Shown here in pieces: positions 49,251 to 60,585 of a DNA stretch of 64,000 bases. The notes under the pieces were generated by a model. It had not been told where the DNA came from and did no database searches. It saw only the letters and a list, made by a program, of their open reading frames with translations. Source of the stretch: Raillietiella orientalis. Lineage: Eukaryota. The number at the start of each line of letters is the position of its first letter. Positions within the stretch are counted from its first letter, which is position 1. The position numbers were made by a program, and so were the translations under genes. The stretch lies in contig JAYWIR010000019.1 in assembly GCA_036172245.1 (NCBI GenBank), positions 248,001 through 312,000 on the forward strand, given 5' to 3'.

Positions 49251-52110
49251 TTTGCATACCATAAATCAGAGAGCCGATAAAGCACTGGCAATCCTGAGCG
49301 TCCGGGTGGGAAATCTGGGCAGTAGATAACTCTTGACTTTGCAGAGCCGCGCCGCCGTCCTCTGGAACGCTCTTAGAGCTCAAGCTGGCAACAAAGCAGC
49401 GGTCTCTGCATCCTAGAGGCAGCTGAGACCTTTCTTGGCATTCGTTGTGTAGCGACAGTTCTCTTTGTGTTGGAGTCCCTTTCGCAGCTTTTCGCAGCAG
49501 TCTCTTTCGCATCAGCATGGCAGCCGCCTTGATGAGGACGGCTGCAAGGTGGCCTCACCTGCAAGAAGGAGTCGATTGCATCTGGGGTCGCTTCGAGGAA
49601 GATAGGAAGGATTGAAACCAAAGACCCCCCTTTTGCTATCCCATCTCTTTTTCCATTTATTTATTGTCCCCTTCCTTCGCTCCCTACTTTCTTAGGGGCC
49701 GGCTTGTGTCCGGTTGTCATTCCCAGTAAACTTTTTTCTTGGCATGTCTTGTATTCAGGGGACCCTGTCCCCCTTGACTTTGAGTTTGCTTATTTTTTAG
49801 ATGAACGTCCTGGCGTGATTTGGGCACCAACCTTGGTGCCCTTTCGGCGAGTGTCTGCCCCATCGAGGACGCGTACGGCAGCGGACGTAACGGCGCAGAT
49901 TGCCCGCACCTTCCCGGAGCAGCAGATGCTTCCCCTCCGCGCTGACAGTGGAATTCGAGTGGACCCTTTCGAAAGGATTGTCAACGTTCTAGCGCATCCC
50001 TCGATTTCGGCCCTCGGCCCGTCGGGCTGTTTGTCTGTTTGTATGTATTTTTCGGTAATCCTCAGAGTACAGTTCAAAACCCGCATCCTTGCCTCAGGAG
50101 GCACCGGCAGCACCTGCCAGTGCCTGGGCGCCTAGAGCAGGAATTCGTTCCCGAAGGACACAGTGCCTTCTTCACTTCCCCCTTTCCTCTTCACTGGACC
50201 ATTAAGATGTATCCTTGCTCCCCGTTTTGAGCAATCGCACGGCCAACCACGGGCGAGCTCTTCCCGCACGTATTGCCGCTCACGATCCTGCGAATTCCCG
50301 GACTGACGTTCCATTTCTTTGCACCGAGGCAAAGCCCGCCTTTGTCCGGGATGATCCTCCGAGGTATTTTTTTTCACACGGCGTCCTCTCTCTGTCCCCA
50401 GAATCTCCAGCATCGTTCCAAAGTCAGAGACCCGGTCTGTCTTCATTCCGAACGACGTGACTCCCGTTTGCAAACTCGCCGAAGGATGGGAGAGGGCTGG
50501 AAGCGGCCTGTACGCTGAGATTCCGGGAGGGAGGAGGAGGCGGTCGTCACGTTCGGAAGGGCCGCCTGTTTCCGCCACGCACGTCGCCCGAGGAGAAACC
50601 CCCAGGGGCTTCTCAGGAGAGGAGCGCCCGTCTCCAATTTCATGGAGATCAGGAGATCAGTGGATCGGCACTTATAGAATTCCGACACAGCCGGGGAATC
50701 TTCGAGGAGCTCTGCGGTAGGCTGGGCGCTCTCCGAGCACGTGACCAGCAAACGCCCCAGGGCGTTCAAGTTTCTGGGAAGAAGTGAGGGAAACGTTTCG
50801 TTCTCTCCCTTCCTCCGCCCCAATACGAGGTGTGTGCAAGCGCTCGAAGAGAACCAGGAAATTCAGCAGGCAGGGAGAGGTCCACAGCTCTGCAGCACCT
50901 GGGAGTTCCGAATGAGGGAGGAATCCGATCTTTGGATGGTCAGGATGCCCAAGCCAGCTTCCTGGAACGGCGCCACCAGGTTTTTGAGGCGGATCCGGGA
51001 CTTTGCATCTCCCCACAGGGCTTTCCTAGGTAGGCGCTGCGCCTCGATCTTCACGAACGAGGGGGCGGGAGGACGGAGACGTGCTGCTTGAGAGCAGCAG
51101 TCACCGGATTTCTTCCCGGAATTCCTCAACCGTGACGGGAGCGTTAGGGAGTTCCTTCTTTTGCTCCCGTCTCGTTGAAAGCATCTGTCCGGAGGGGCAA
51201 CGGATCCCGGAGGAATCGCCAATGACGGCGCGCGCGTTCTTCCCTTTCACCGAAAGGACAAGAGGCGAGGATTCGAGGAATCCGCCAGGGAATGGTGCAC
51301 AGACAGTCTTGCCGGGTGGCGGTCTAGAACCTCCTGAACGGGATTACAGCAAACTCGGTTTCAGGTTGCCTCCAAAGTAGGATGCTTCGTTGCCAAGCAA
51401 CCCTCCCCCACCTTCCCCTTTCCTGTATACCTCTCGGAAAGAAACGAACGCGGCCGGCATGCGTACGCTGCATGCGCGGTTGTCAAGCCGATGCGAATTT
51501 CCTGATAGGGACGCTCCTTCACCTCTTCAGCGCGGGGCGAGAAGGAAGGAAGAGGGCATTCTAGAGCTCCTTAAAACGGGAAGGACTCTCCACACTTCCC
51601 ACTGCGGCCCTCTTCCTCCGGGGGCACGACATGCTCACCTCAGGAGGAGAGGAAAAGGGGGGGGAGATGGAGGAGGGAGAAGGAGGAAGAGAAAAAGAAG
51701 GCGTGCCTGAACCTCGCCGTCATCCCGATGCACGCTAGCAAGGTCAAGGTCTTGGCCCTCCTTGGCGATCCCTGCGCGGATCTCCAATGCCGCTGCTGTC
51801 CCTTCCAGCAGGCCAAAAGCTTGACCTGCGACAGGCGCACCGCTTCCTGATACCCCTCCGGCTGTCAACTTGCCACCGGACTAGCCTGCGAGACACCCCT
51901 TCAGCCCCCTCTCCGCAACGGCCCGCCCCTGGGCGAGTTCTTGAGCGTTCCTCGCCCGATTTCGACTTGCCCCAGGAGCCACCGCTCGTCCAAGAGAAGA
52001 GGCGATTCCCAATCGTCTTTCATGGACCTCCGGCAGCAGCCTCCAGCATCCTCCAGCACCGCGCCCGTCCCGAACAGCAGCAAAAGCTGCAGGGTCAGGA
52101 AAAGTCCGCG

Positions 52111-52800
52111 TGGGTGGCCGTGCGGCTGATGCCTCCTCCGAGCGCATGGCGCCAAGCGTCGCGGGTTCGAATCCAACCCGGGAAAAGGGTCGACGGCGAG
52201 AATGGGAAACGCGTCGCGGGTTTCGAGTCCCTCCCGCAGGACGACTCCAGTTGACCTCGGTTGAATTCAGGTGCTGCGGCACTGGTGTGAGCGGGATGCT
52301 CCTGGATGCCTCCGTTGAGCGGATAGGGTTGGAGGTCGACTTTCCAGGAATCAAGGTGACGTTCGGGGTTTCCCTCCGGGTATGAAAATATGGAGCCGCA
52401 CCATGGAGCTGGTTCATACCCTCCCTGGGGAGTCGCTTCTCCAGAGTGTGAGTAAGCGCGCTGCGCCTTCCGGGGAGCACCCTTCTGGGAAATCGGGAAG
52501 CGTCCCTTCGGGGTTTTCTTCAGAGGAGAAAGAAACGAGGAACGGATCCATTCCGGGGGATCCCTTCGGAGAGAATAAGGAAGAGGTCACCTTCTGGTTC
52601 CCTCCGGAGACAACCAGGGTGGAGGTTCCCTTCCGGGACTCCCTCTCAAGCGAAAGAGGAACGAACTCCTCCGTTCGGAGCCTTCGTGGGTTCATAAGGT
52701 GGTCCATATGGGGCTGTCCCTTCACATGAACAGCCATCCGCGCCCTCGAATGGCGTGGACCGTGTCAAAGAGCTTCGTAAGCCCCTCCTGTGGAGGACTC
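52111..52800 (+). mobile_element. tRNA-derived SINE, best-preserved copy (E)
   Basis: A-box TGGCCGTGCGG 52115-52125; B-box GGTTCGAATCC 52164-52174; second B-box-like unit near 52211-52231; body with CCCTTCGGGG and GGAGACAACCAGGG motifs; 3' motif GGACCGTGTCAAAGAGC shared with the copies at 36.2 and 42.8 kb. Confidence 0.78.
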
Positions 52801-54449
52801 AAGGAAAAAAATAAAATATGAAAAAGAAGAAGGTGAGGGTGAGAAAGAGGGCGGTGGCGACTTCGAAACGCCGGCAGTGCTGGGTTCGTTGCCTCTTGCG
52901 GTGCTCTCTCGCCAGGAGATGCTGAACAGCTTCCCGGTGCTGCCTTCCGGAGCGAGTGAGAGCAGGGTCTCGCAGGAGCTTCTCTTTCCCGTCGCGCGGT
53001 CATCCCCTTCGTGGCTTAGGGAAGTTCCTTGAGAGGACTCCGGACCTCGGCCCCTCGGGAGCGATTCCCGCGGACCGGAGGACGCCGGGAAGCCGTTCCG
53101 CCGCGTCTCCAAACGAGCCGAAGAGAGGGAGAGGAAGAACTGGTTCCCCTTGAGGAAGCGAAGTCTTTCAGGAAGCTGCAGGCGCTCATCTGGAGCCGCC
53201 CTGTTCTCCCATTACCGATGAATGGGTTCCTTCTACTAATGCGTCTTCGCGTGGACGCCTCCGGGAGTGGCAGACGGGGAGTCCCGTCATAGGGGACGCG
53301 ACCGATCCATCTCTTCGCCGTTCATCCCGCCGCTCCGGAGCGGCTCAAGTCGCCCCGAGCCCCGTGGAAGGCTGCGGGCGGAGGGGGCGGAAGGACGGAG
53401 AGATCCCCGGGAACCCGGAGCGCAGAAAAGATCGATGCCTTCCTCCCTTCCACAGCAGCGGGAGGAGCGACGCGTGGACAGCGGGAGGGGCGTTTCCAGA
53501 AAACAGACCTCCCGGAACAGGAGACGCTTCGAGAGACTGCCTGGCGGGTCACAAGAGGGGAGCGACCCGCGGGGTTTTCCGCTAATCTCTGGAGGGAGCG
53601 TCAGCAGCGTTCGAGGGGTCGCGGGCGCCAGTTTTGGGATCCGAGCTCCGAGAGTCCCGCCTCGTCGCCAAGAGGTTTCGGGCTCCCCGCAGCTCCGGAC
53701 GGCGTGCAGGCGGACTACCTTACGTTGGCAAGGAGACCGGCGTTTAGATAGCGGCGCATCTGGGCGAGCGTTGCGCCGGAGTCTTGCAGTTTCCACAGGC
53801 AACACGCTCTGGACCCTGGAGCTATTCAAGAAGCGGGCGTGAAGGGCGGCTATGAACCCCAGCGCCTCGGCATTCTTTGTGGACTCCTCCTCCTCCCCCC
53901 TTACGACACTGCGTCTCACGAGAGTGGCAGTGCCCTACTCAGGTGACCTTTCCCCTCACGGCGGCCTACTCCGAAACGAGAAGATCCCGAGCGAACTGCT
54001 CCAAGCATTTGAGGTCGCCGCCGCGTTTCTTCCGGGAGAGACGAAGGCGCTGACCGTCCCCAGGGACCACGGAGGTCAGCTCTTTGGTCGGCGGCCTCGA
54101 AGGAGAGGCTGCGCTCTTCCTTAGCTTTTTGAGCTCCGTTCGGCCTGGGGGACCAGAAGACTCCGCCAAACCGGGCGTCCTTCCGAGGGCTGCAAGGAAT
54201 TCCCAGGGATCGCTGGTCCTTTCCGTGGCACCTTCTCTGCCCTTAGAGCAAACGATGGCAGCAGCCGACCGGAGGGGTGAGAGTTTCGACTAATAACAAG
54301 GATTCTGGAGAGTTGGTTGGCGTCGCGAGGAAAGGCGCGGTCATCCTCAAGGACGGGAGAGGCGATGGCGACGCAGGGAACTGGGCGGCGAAGAGGTTGC
54401 AGAGGAAAGAGTGATGCTGGTGTTGTTGTGAAGCTGCCCGCGGGTCGAT

Positions 54450-54830
54450 GGTGTCGTTCGCAGGAAGAGCCCCGACTAACGTGCGGCCCGATTGCTCAAT
54501 TCGGGTCTCAGAAGACTCGTGGCGGCAGAATGCCCCATGCCGTGCTTATTTGAGCACTCCGAAGTCGAATTCGCTGCTTTGCGAAGTACACGCGTGACCC
54601 TTTCGTGCACCCCTCAGGAAGATCTGCTTGGAAAGGAAGACAACCCTCTTTCGCCTCTGAGATGCGAGATAATGAGGCTCCTGGCTCGATGCTCCTTGAC
54701 CCAGCACTGCATGCTGCAAGGCGACAGGGCGACGCTTGCATTGCTCAGGTCAAACGTTCCATGCCTTGGGGAAAATGGGGTCCCCAGCCAATGAAGTTTC
54801 AGATACCGATTGTGCATTGAAACACACAGA
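54450..54830 (+). mobile_element. Possible 3' end of a LINE ORF2
   Basis: DRATLALLRS resembles the R.TLAQLRSG motif that follows RT in several LINE clades. Confidence 0.3.
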
Positions 54831-55449
54831 GGCTTCTCTCCTCCTCCCCTCCCACTGTACACACATTTGTGGTTTCATATTCTGCTTCGTACGTCTTCGA
54901 TTTTACCGCGCTTTAAAAACTCAAAGGAGGAACAGAATATCTGTCCTTGGGGTTGTGAGTACATTTCCGTACGCCTTGAGTACACCATCGTACGTACATG
55001 TACGCACTTCCGGTTCCGCTCCTTTGGTCGCGGAACTGGAAGTGCAACGTTTCAGAAGGAGAGAGGGGGTCGTTCCACGACCGAGCTGGTGGGAAGTCCC
55101 AGAGTGGTCGTGGCTGCGGAGGAGGGGAAGCGGCGTCGCCTTCAGGAACGCGAGCGCAGGGGAAGAGGCGGTGTGGACGGAGGCGGGGATGCTTCGACCT
55201 CCTCCCGGCCTCTCGGTTTCCGGACTCCCGGGGCACATCGCGTTCCGTAGCCGGCGCCGTCGAGTGGCTCCTCGAAATGCGCCTAGCCCTCTCGTTCCCC
55301 TCCTCCTTCCCGCCGTCGCGCCATCTCATCGCCGATTCCGGTCACGCTCTTCATCCAGGATCAGCCCAACGAGCGTGAAATGGGGGTGGGGATAGGGGGG
55401 GATATCGGCCGATTCATTGCGGAATTCCGAGGTGTCCGACCTCCGTCTT

Positions 55450-56450
55450 CTTACCGCGCGAGCGCGGGCGATTTGCTGCCGGGAGGCGAGGGGGTCCCGT
55501 ATCGGTTCCCATGCAGTCTCGCGCTGAAGGGGGAGGGAGGTTTAAGCACCGCCTGCTCTTGGGCGCTTCGCGGCAGCCGCAGCGGCGGAAGGGCAAGTGT
55601 CGAGGTCACCCTGCGCGTGGATGCGTGGAACCGCCATTGGCGCCTCTGCACGCATATCGCCACGGAACTCGGCGGCCCGGTTCCCAAAATGACGTCATCG
55701 GAATGGGGAGCAAAGACAACGGAGCTTCGAGCTTGGAGCCTCGCGTCTGGCCTCTTTGGGTCCACACACCCGTGTCCTGTGATGCCAGCGGGCATTGCAC
55801 GGGAGGCCCCAGTGCAGCAGCAGCAACAGTGCCGACTCCTGCCACTTTAAGGGGAGGCTGCAGGTATTCATGGGCACCGGGAGCCACTGCAGGTCTCCCT
55901 CAGCAATACCCAGTAGCACCTCCCAGAGCAAAAGTCCATGAGGTCGAGCACTCGGGGTCGCAGCGTCGGTGAGCTGACCGTCATCAACTCGCCCAGTCCT
56001 CTTCTCCTCCCGGAGATTTCCACAGTAATCTGCCATCTGGCCGTAAGACTGCTGTCCAGATGCTCCCTAAGGGAGGACAAAGCAGCGGCGAGAGAGGTTC
56101 TGCTTGCCCATGCACTCTTCGAGGGATCTTCCAGGATCTCCCGGAGCGTGCAGTTGTTGTTGCGCGCGTACAGGGAACGTCGCCCCTGTTACGCGCTTGG
56201 CTCCTGGATCGTCGCCCACGTGAGAACGGTTTCCTTCAACCAGGCACTTCCGTTCGCGGGGCGGCGCGAGATCCATCCGTTTTTCCTCGCCAGCGTGGCC
56301 ACCTGCCGAAGGTGCATTCCGCAGTGGATGAGACTGCGTGGACGGCGCGCAAGGAAGAACGCGAGCCCCGCGCTGCCGGTGACTCGCTGGGCGAGAAGAC
56401 GTGCAGTTTGGCCCAGGTTGTGCTCCAGAGATTTGTCACTAGGGCAGGGG
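55450..56450 (-). mobile_element. Decayed LINE RT fragment (Jockey/CR1/L2-like)
   Basis: PHGLLLWEVLLGIAEGDLQWL (H.GLL.KL..GI.G..L.W), PLKVAGVG..ALGP (GVPQGSVLGP), PHSDDVIL (YADD), in the expected order. Confidence 0.6.
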
Positions 56451-56921
56451 TTCAAAGCTGGAGCTGGAGCTCCATCCACTCCAGCATCAGGAGGAGGCCT
56501 AGGCCGCCGCCCCGGAGCGGAGCACAGAAGTCCTTCAGTAGGATTCGAGTCCTCACTTCGACCCAGAGGGCGATCCGGAGGAGGTCCTCCGTCCTCTTTC
56601 TGATGCTGCATGGCGGAGAGGGGGGTCAAACAAAAAGCAGGGGGTGGAGAAGGGAGGCCACGAAGGCGTTCCACACTGCGGCCCGTTCCGACAGGTAAAA
56701 CCTGCCTCTTTGGAATGGGTCGAGGGCCTGCAGTGCTTTCTGAAGACGGCCGGTCCAGACTTCTGCGGAGTTTGGAAACGTCTAGGAGGTTATTTTGGTT
56801 ATTTTGAGTAAGTAAGAAAATGGCTGAGGACCCAATGCAATCCAGCGCAGAGATAAGGCCATACAGAAGCGAACGGCACCTAAACAGATCATGAGTTTCA
56901 AACTGCTGCTTTGTCCATTCG

Positions 56922-57081
56922 AGTTAGGTTAGTGGGGTAGGAGTAGGTTAAGTTAAGTTAGGTTAGGTAGGTTACGTGAGATGAAATGAGGCGAGGTTAG
57001 GTTAGGTTAAGTAGGGCAGGTTGGTTAGGCTGAGGTGAGGTGAGGTGAGGTAGGTTGGGTTCGGTTCGGTTAGGTTAGGGT
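56922..57081 (+). repeat. (TTAGG)n/(GTGAG)n tract, least degenerate copy
   Basis: ttaggttaggtagg...gaggtgaggtgagg...ggttaggttaggg. Confidence 0.9.
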
Positions 57082-58186
57082 GTTTTTTGGCCGCAACGCT
57101 TCGGTTTGTCCATGGACGTGCACATGTTACCGGTCGCTAGGAGTGCTACCCGATGTGACTGCTTCAACCATTTTCAAGGTCAGTTGCAGATCAATTCAAG
57201 ATCGGTTGCACGGCATGCTTATTCATGCTGCCTACATGAATCCATATGTCGTGTGACACGTTGGAGTCCATAAATCAGGGGACATGCAGCTGTGTTTGAT
57301 GGCTTTTGGGAGGTTTCACCAATTGGTCATCTTCAGCCTACGTGCAGCTCAGGCTCGAAAATCTTGGTCTACATCTCTTTGCCCTGTCGATCGAAGAAAT
57401 TTACTGAGAGGGTGCGGAAGCTTCGCCGAGAAGCCTGACTGGTGAGCATCGCTCTGAGTCATCCGTGAAAGCAAACGTGTGGAAGAGTAAGCTTGTCCGC
57501 TGCAACCTTCCAGGATCTCCTGACAAAAAAACGCTTCCTTGACTACGGGTGACACCTACCTAGCCAGCCACTAGTTATTTGGTTAAGGAAAGTGTTCAGG
57601 AGAACGTGGCTGACTTCTCGGAGATGCAACAAATACAGACAGGCAAGATTGGATTCCATAAAGGAAAAGAAAAGAAAACGAAACCACGGCAATCGACGTA
57701 AAGAGGTCGCATGTAGAGCACCGTGTTAAATATCTTGGGATTACTAGAAGTGTAGTCCTTCTCCTGAGAGGTAACTGAAGAAGTGAATCTCTGCCGGTTT
57801 CCAGAGGGGAGGTCTGCTAGCTGAGTCCCAAGGAAACGAGAAGCCCAGCAGTCACTGCGAGCACAGACGGAAGAACGAAAACACTGCTGATCGGATTTTC
57901 CAGAAAAATGGATTTCGAGTTTCGGTCATCCATGATCGGTGAAGATCACCTGCGCAGAAGGGTCGCCAAAGTCTTGCAAAACATCTGATAGCGACCGCAC
58001 ATCCCATGAGGACTCGGGAAGTCGTTTGCCTCCCGTGATGGCGAGAAGCGTGAAAACAAGAGCGCTGTTCCTTTGGACCACACCCCTTGCCATCTGGTGC
58101 CTAAAGTGAGCACACGACTGTTCAGATATGATTTTGAGAGTCAGTCGAAGTACAGTTACGAAAAGAATGTTTCTAATAATACGCCA

Positions 58187-58511
58187 TGCTCGTACAAAAG
58201 GGAATATCCGAAGATAAGGAACAGCACACTCACTTGCAAGGCGGAAGATGCTTCCCGCGCTATGCGTGGGTGTACCACAACCACTTGGTTCGAAGAGAAA
58301 CTGGAAATTTCCCTTTTATTTTCAAAAGCAGACCACTGAATCCAAGTGCCGGAATTTTCATTCGAAGAGTCCCCTTTCACCGGAGTTTGCTAATGAATTA
58401 TGGAAAACACGTTCTCGAGTTCGAAATTTAGCTCAAGCGATGACGGACACCTCAAGATGAATGAAAAAGAAAGAAAGGAATGCAGCCAGTGAATTCAGTT
58501 GTAGAAAAGAA
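58187..58511. repeat. 325-bp direct repeat, copy 1
   Basis: Matches 62462..62786 with 6 substitutions by my manual count and no indels. Confidence 0.95.
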
Positions 58512-58968
58512 GTTTCAGTTGGTGTTTTTCGTTTCAGATTTTCTTTTCCTTTCAGCGTTGAGAGGCTCTTCCGGAAGGCCTCCAGGGATTTCTTAACTGG
58601 GTGTGCTTTATTCTTGTGTGTGTGCACGAAGGCCAGATGGATTTCCTTAGTGGAAAAAAAAAAACACTCGCTGACGACCATCACTATGAAGAAAAAGGAC
58701 ACGGCGAGTGTTTCGATGGATAACACCCTCTTTGACGGATGCTCTTTAAAGGCTTCTAATTGAATACCCGTCAAGAGTGTGGGAGCAGAGCTGCTACGTC
58801 CAAGTCTCCAAGAGTCAGAGTGGTAATTGGCAAAGCGTTTCACAGTGCATCACGAGAAGCATAAAGGACATCGACCTGGATGGCACTAAAGGACCCTTTG
58901 TTTGGTATTGACCGACAGTGTGAATACTGTGAAGCAGATCACGTGAAAAATCTTTCGTTTTCATCCAG

Positions 58969-59196
58969 GATTCTCAGACAGCTGGGTGCTCCTGGCTCCT
59001 CCTACTAAATAGCAATCTACGTCAGCATCCGATCGCAATCCTGCAGGTCGCAGGAGAAGAACAGCTGAATTCTCTCTTCCAGCTCATGTACCGTGGCTAA
59101 GCTTGTGTAGAACAACAGTTATTGCCGGGTCTTCTACGAGCAGCGGATGTTCTGCAAATCGAAAGGCTCTCTGAGCTACCTCGGCAGGCCAAGGAG
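58969..59196 (+). pseudogene. Pseudo-exon encoding the C-terminal half of a Tramtrack-group BTB/POZ domain (ttk/bab/lola/br type) with an in-frame stop
   Basis: Reads NLRQHPIAILQVAGEEQLNSLFQLMYRG*ACVEQQLLPGLLRAADVLQIERLSE against recalled consensus NPCKHPIIILKDV..L.ALL.FMYRGEVNV.QEQLPGLL.AAE.LQI.GL; TAA (59098-59100) replaces the conserved Glu; flanked by ttttcatccag and GAG|gtgagg. A frameshifted N-terminal remnant (QSGNWQSV..RSIK/GHR) lies near 58810-58875. Confidence 0.82.
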
Positions 59197-59829
59197 GTGA
59201 GGCAAAGGCATGATTTGCTTTGCGTCGCGTTCGTCTCTGATGTCAGTAAAACCAGGCAGTGCATTAGATTACTCCTTGAGGAAGAGGAACAGTGGGATCT
59301 TTGAGGAAGAGGGACGGGCTCTTAATAAAAAAGATAAGCAGCACGAGGGAGACTGGATGCATTCTCAAGTATCAAATTCCCATGAAGGACCTTTTCGCGT
59401 CTCCCAGAAGACGAAAATCTGCTGTTTGCGGTTTTGGAAACAGTCCCCAATCGCTGCTGAAATGCCAGTGGAAAAGGCACGAAGATATGAAGATTTGCGT
59501 CGTTAAGCCCGTCGACGACTTCAGTGGTCTTATCAGCAACCACAACACGTTGTCTGTCTTTAGGGTTGAAACTCCATAAAATGATTCCAAGTGCGAATGA
59601 CCTTTTGAACTTCTCTTCAGAATTTTCCTGTGGAGTTTTTCAAGAGTTTCCGTCGGTCGGTCAGCAGTTCTGAGGAACGAGACAACTTCGGCCAGCCTGA
59701 CCATCCTCCGCCGACACCTCAACCCGGTTGGTGTATGACGGACGGTCTCTCCTCCCCGGCGTTACCGGGTGAACAACTGCAAGGGCAGCAACGATGCGAG
59801 TCCTTCGCTCCCGGTGTAAAACTGAAGGA

Positions 59830-60585
59830 TGAGGCCTTCAGGCTCGGAGTCCGTTCCTCTCACTCTTGGGAAGGGATCCTCCTCGGATGGGGGGATCCCA
59901 TCTCCCACCCTGGTTGTCTCCGAAGGGTAACCCCGAAGGGAATCTCCTTCCTCATTCTCTCCGGAGGGACCACCGGAACCCGAAAGGGGGGTGGTCCTCT
60001 CCATTTCATCTTCTCCGAAGGGAACCCGGAAAGGATCCGCTAGTAAGAATTTCTTTTCCGGAGGGAACCCTCAAGGGAACCGCTCCTGTTCACTCCTCTG
60101 AAGAGAACCCCGAAGGGACGCTTCCGAACTCAGAAGGGGCGCTGCAGCTTCCCGTAGGGAATCCCTCTCGCTTGCTTCCTTGCGCTCTGTGAAGAGGCGA
60201 CGACTCGGAAGGACCCCCGCAACAGGGGAGGTCCGCTCCTTTGAACAAATAGAGAGATGCCCGTGAGGGCTCCTGCTCCATCTTGAAACCGGAGGGGTCC
60301 CCCAATGTGGGGGGTTCGCTCTCCGTTGCACGACAGGAGGGGGAACTCCCCACTCCTTTATTCCTGGGAGGACCCAAAGGTCTCCCATTGTTCCGGTCTT
60401 CATCGGGTACCTCCGGCTTAATCCACCGCCGGTACCACGCTCGAATGTCTCGGCCAACCCCAGCCAGCGCCATTGCAGGAGAAACTCGGAACCCGACGAC
60501 GCAGTGGCGTCAGAGTTTCTGCCGGAATATTCGAACCCGCGAAGCATGGTGCCACGCGCGGGAGCCTTAACCACAAAGCCTCCGA
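59830..60585 (-). mobile_element. Same SINE family, copy F
   Basis: Minus-strand head gtggttaaggctcccgcgcgtggcaccatgcttcgcgggttcgaat; body ctcctctgaagagaaccccgaagggacgcttccg. Confidence 0.75.

Noticed and set aside
52111..52180. Possible tRNA gene (also near 36.8, 48.2, 60.5 and 17.3 kb)
   Set aside because: A and B boxes are present but there is no cloverleaf or acceptor stem, and most are attached to the same repeat body, so they are SINE heads.
56922..57081. True telomere or chromosome-fusion site
   Set aside because: The tracts are short, degenerate, internal, not head-to-head, and share element-like flanks.
57330..57440. SEFIR/TIR-like peptide KILVYISLPCRSKKFTERVRKL
   Set aside because: Short, ends in a stop, and has no supporting downstream motifs.
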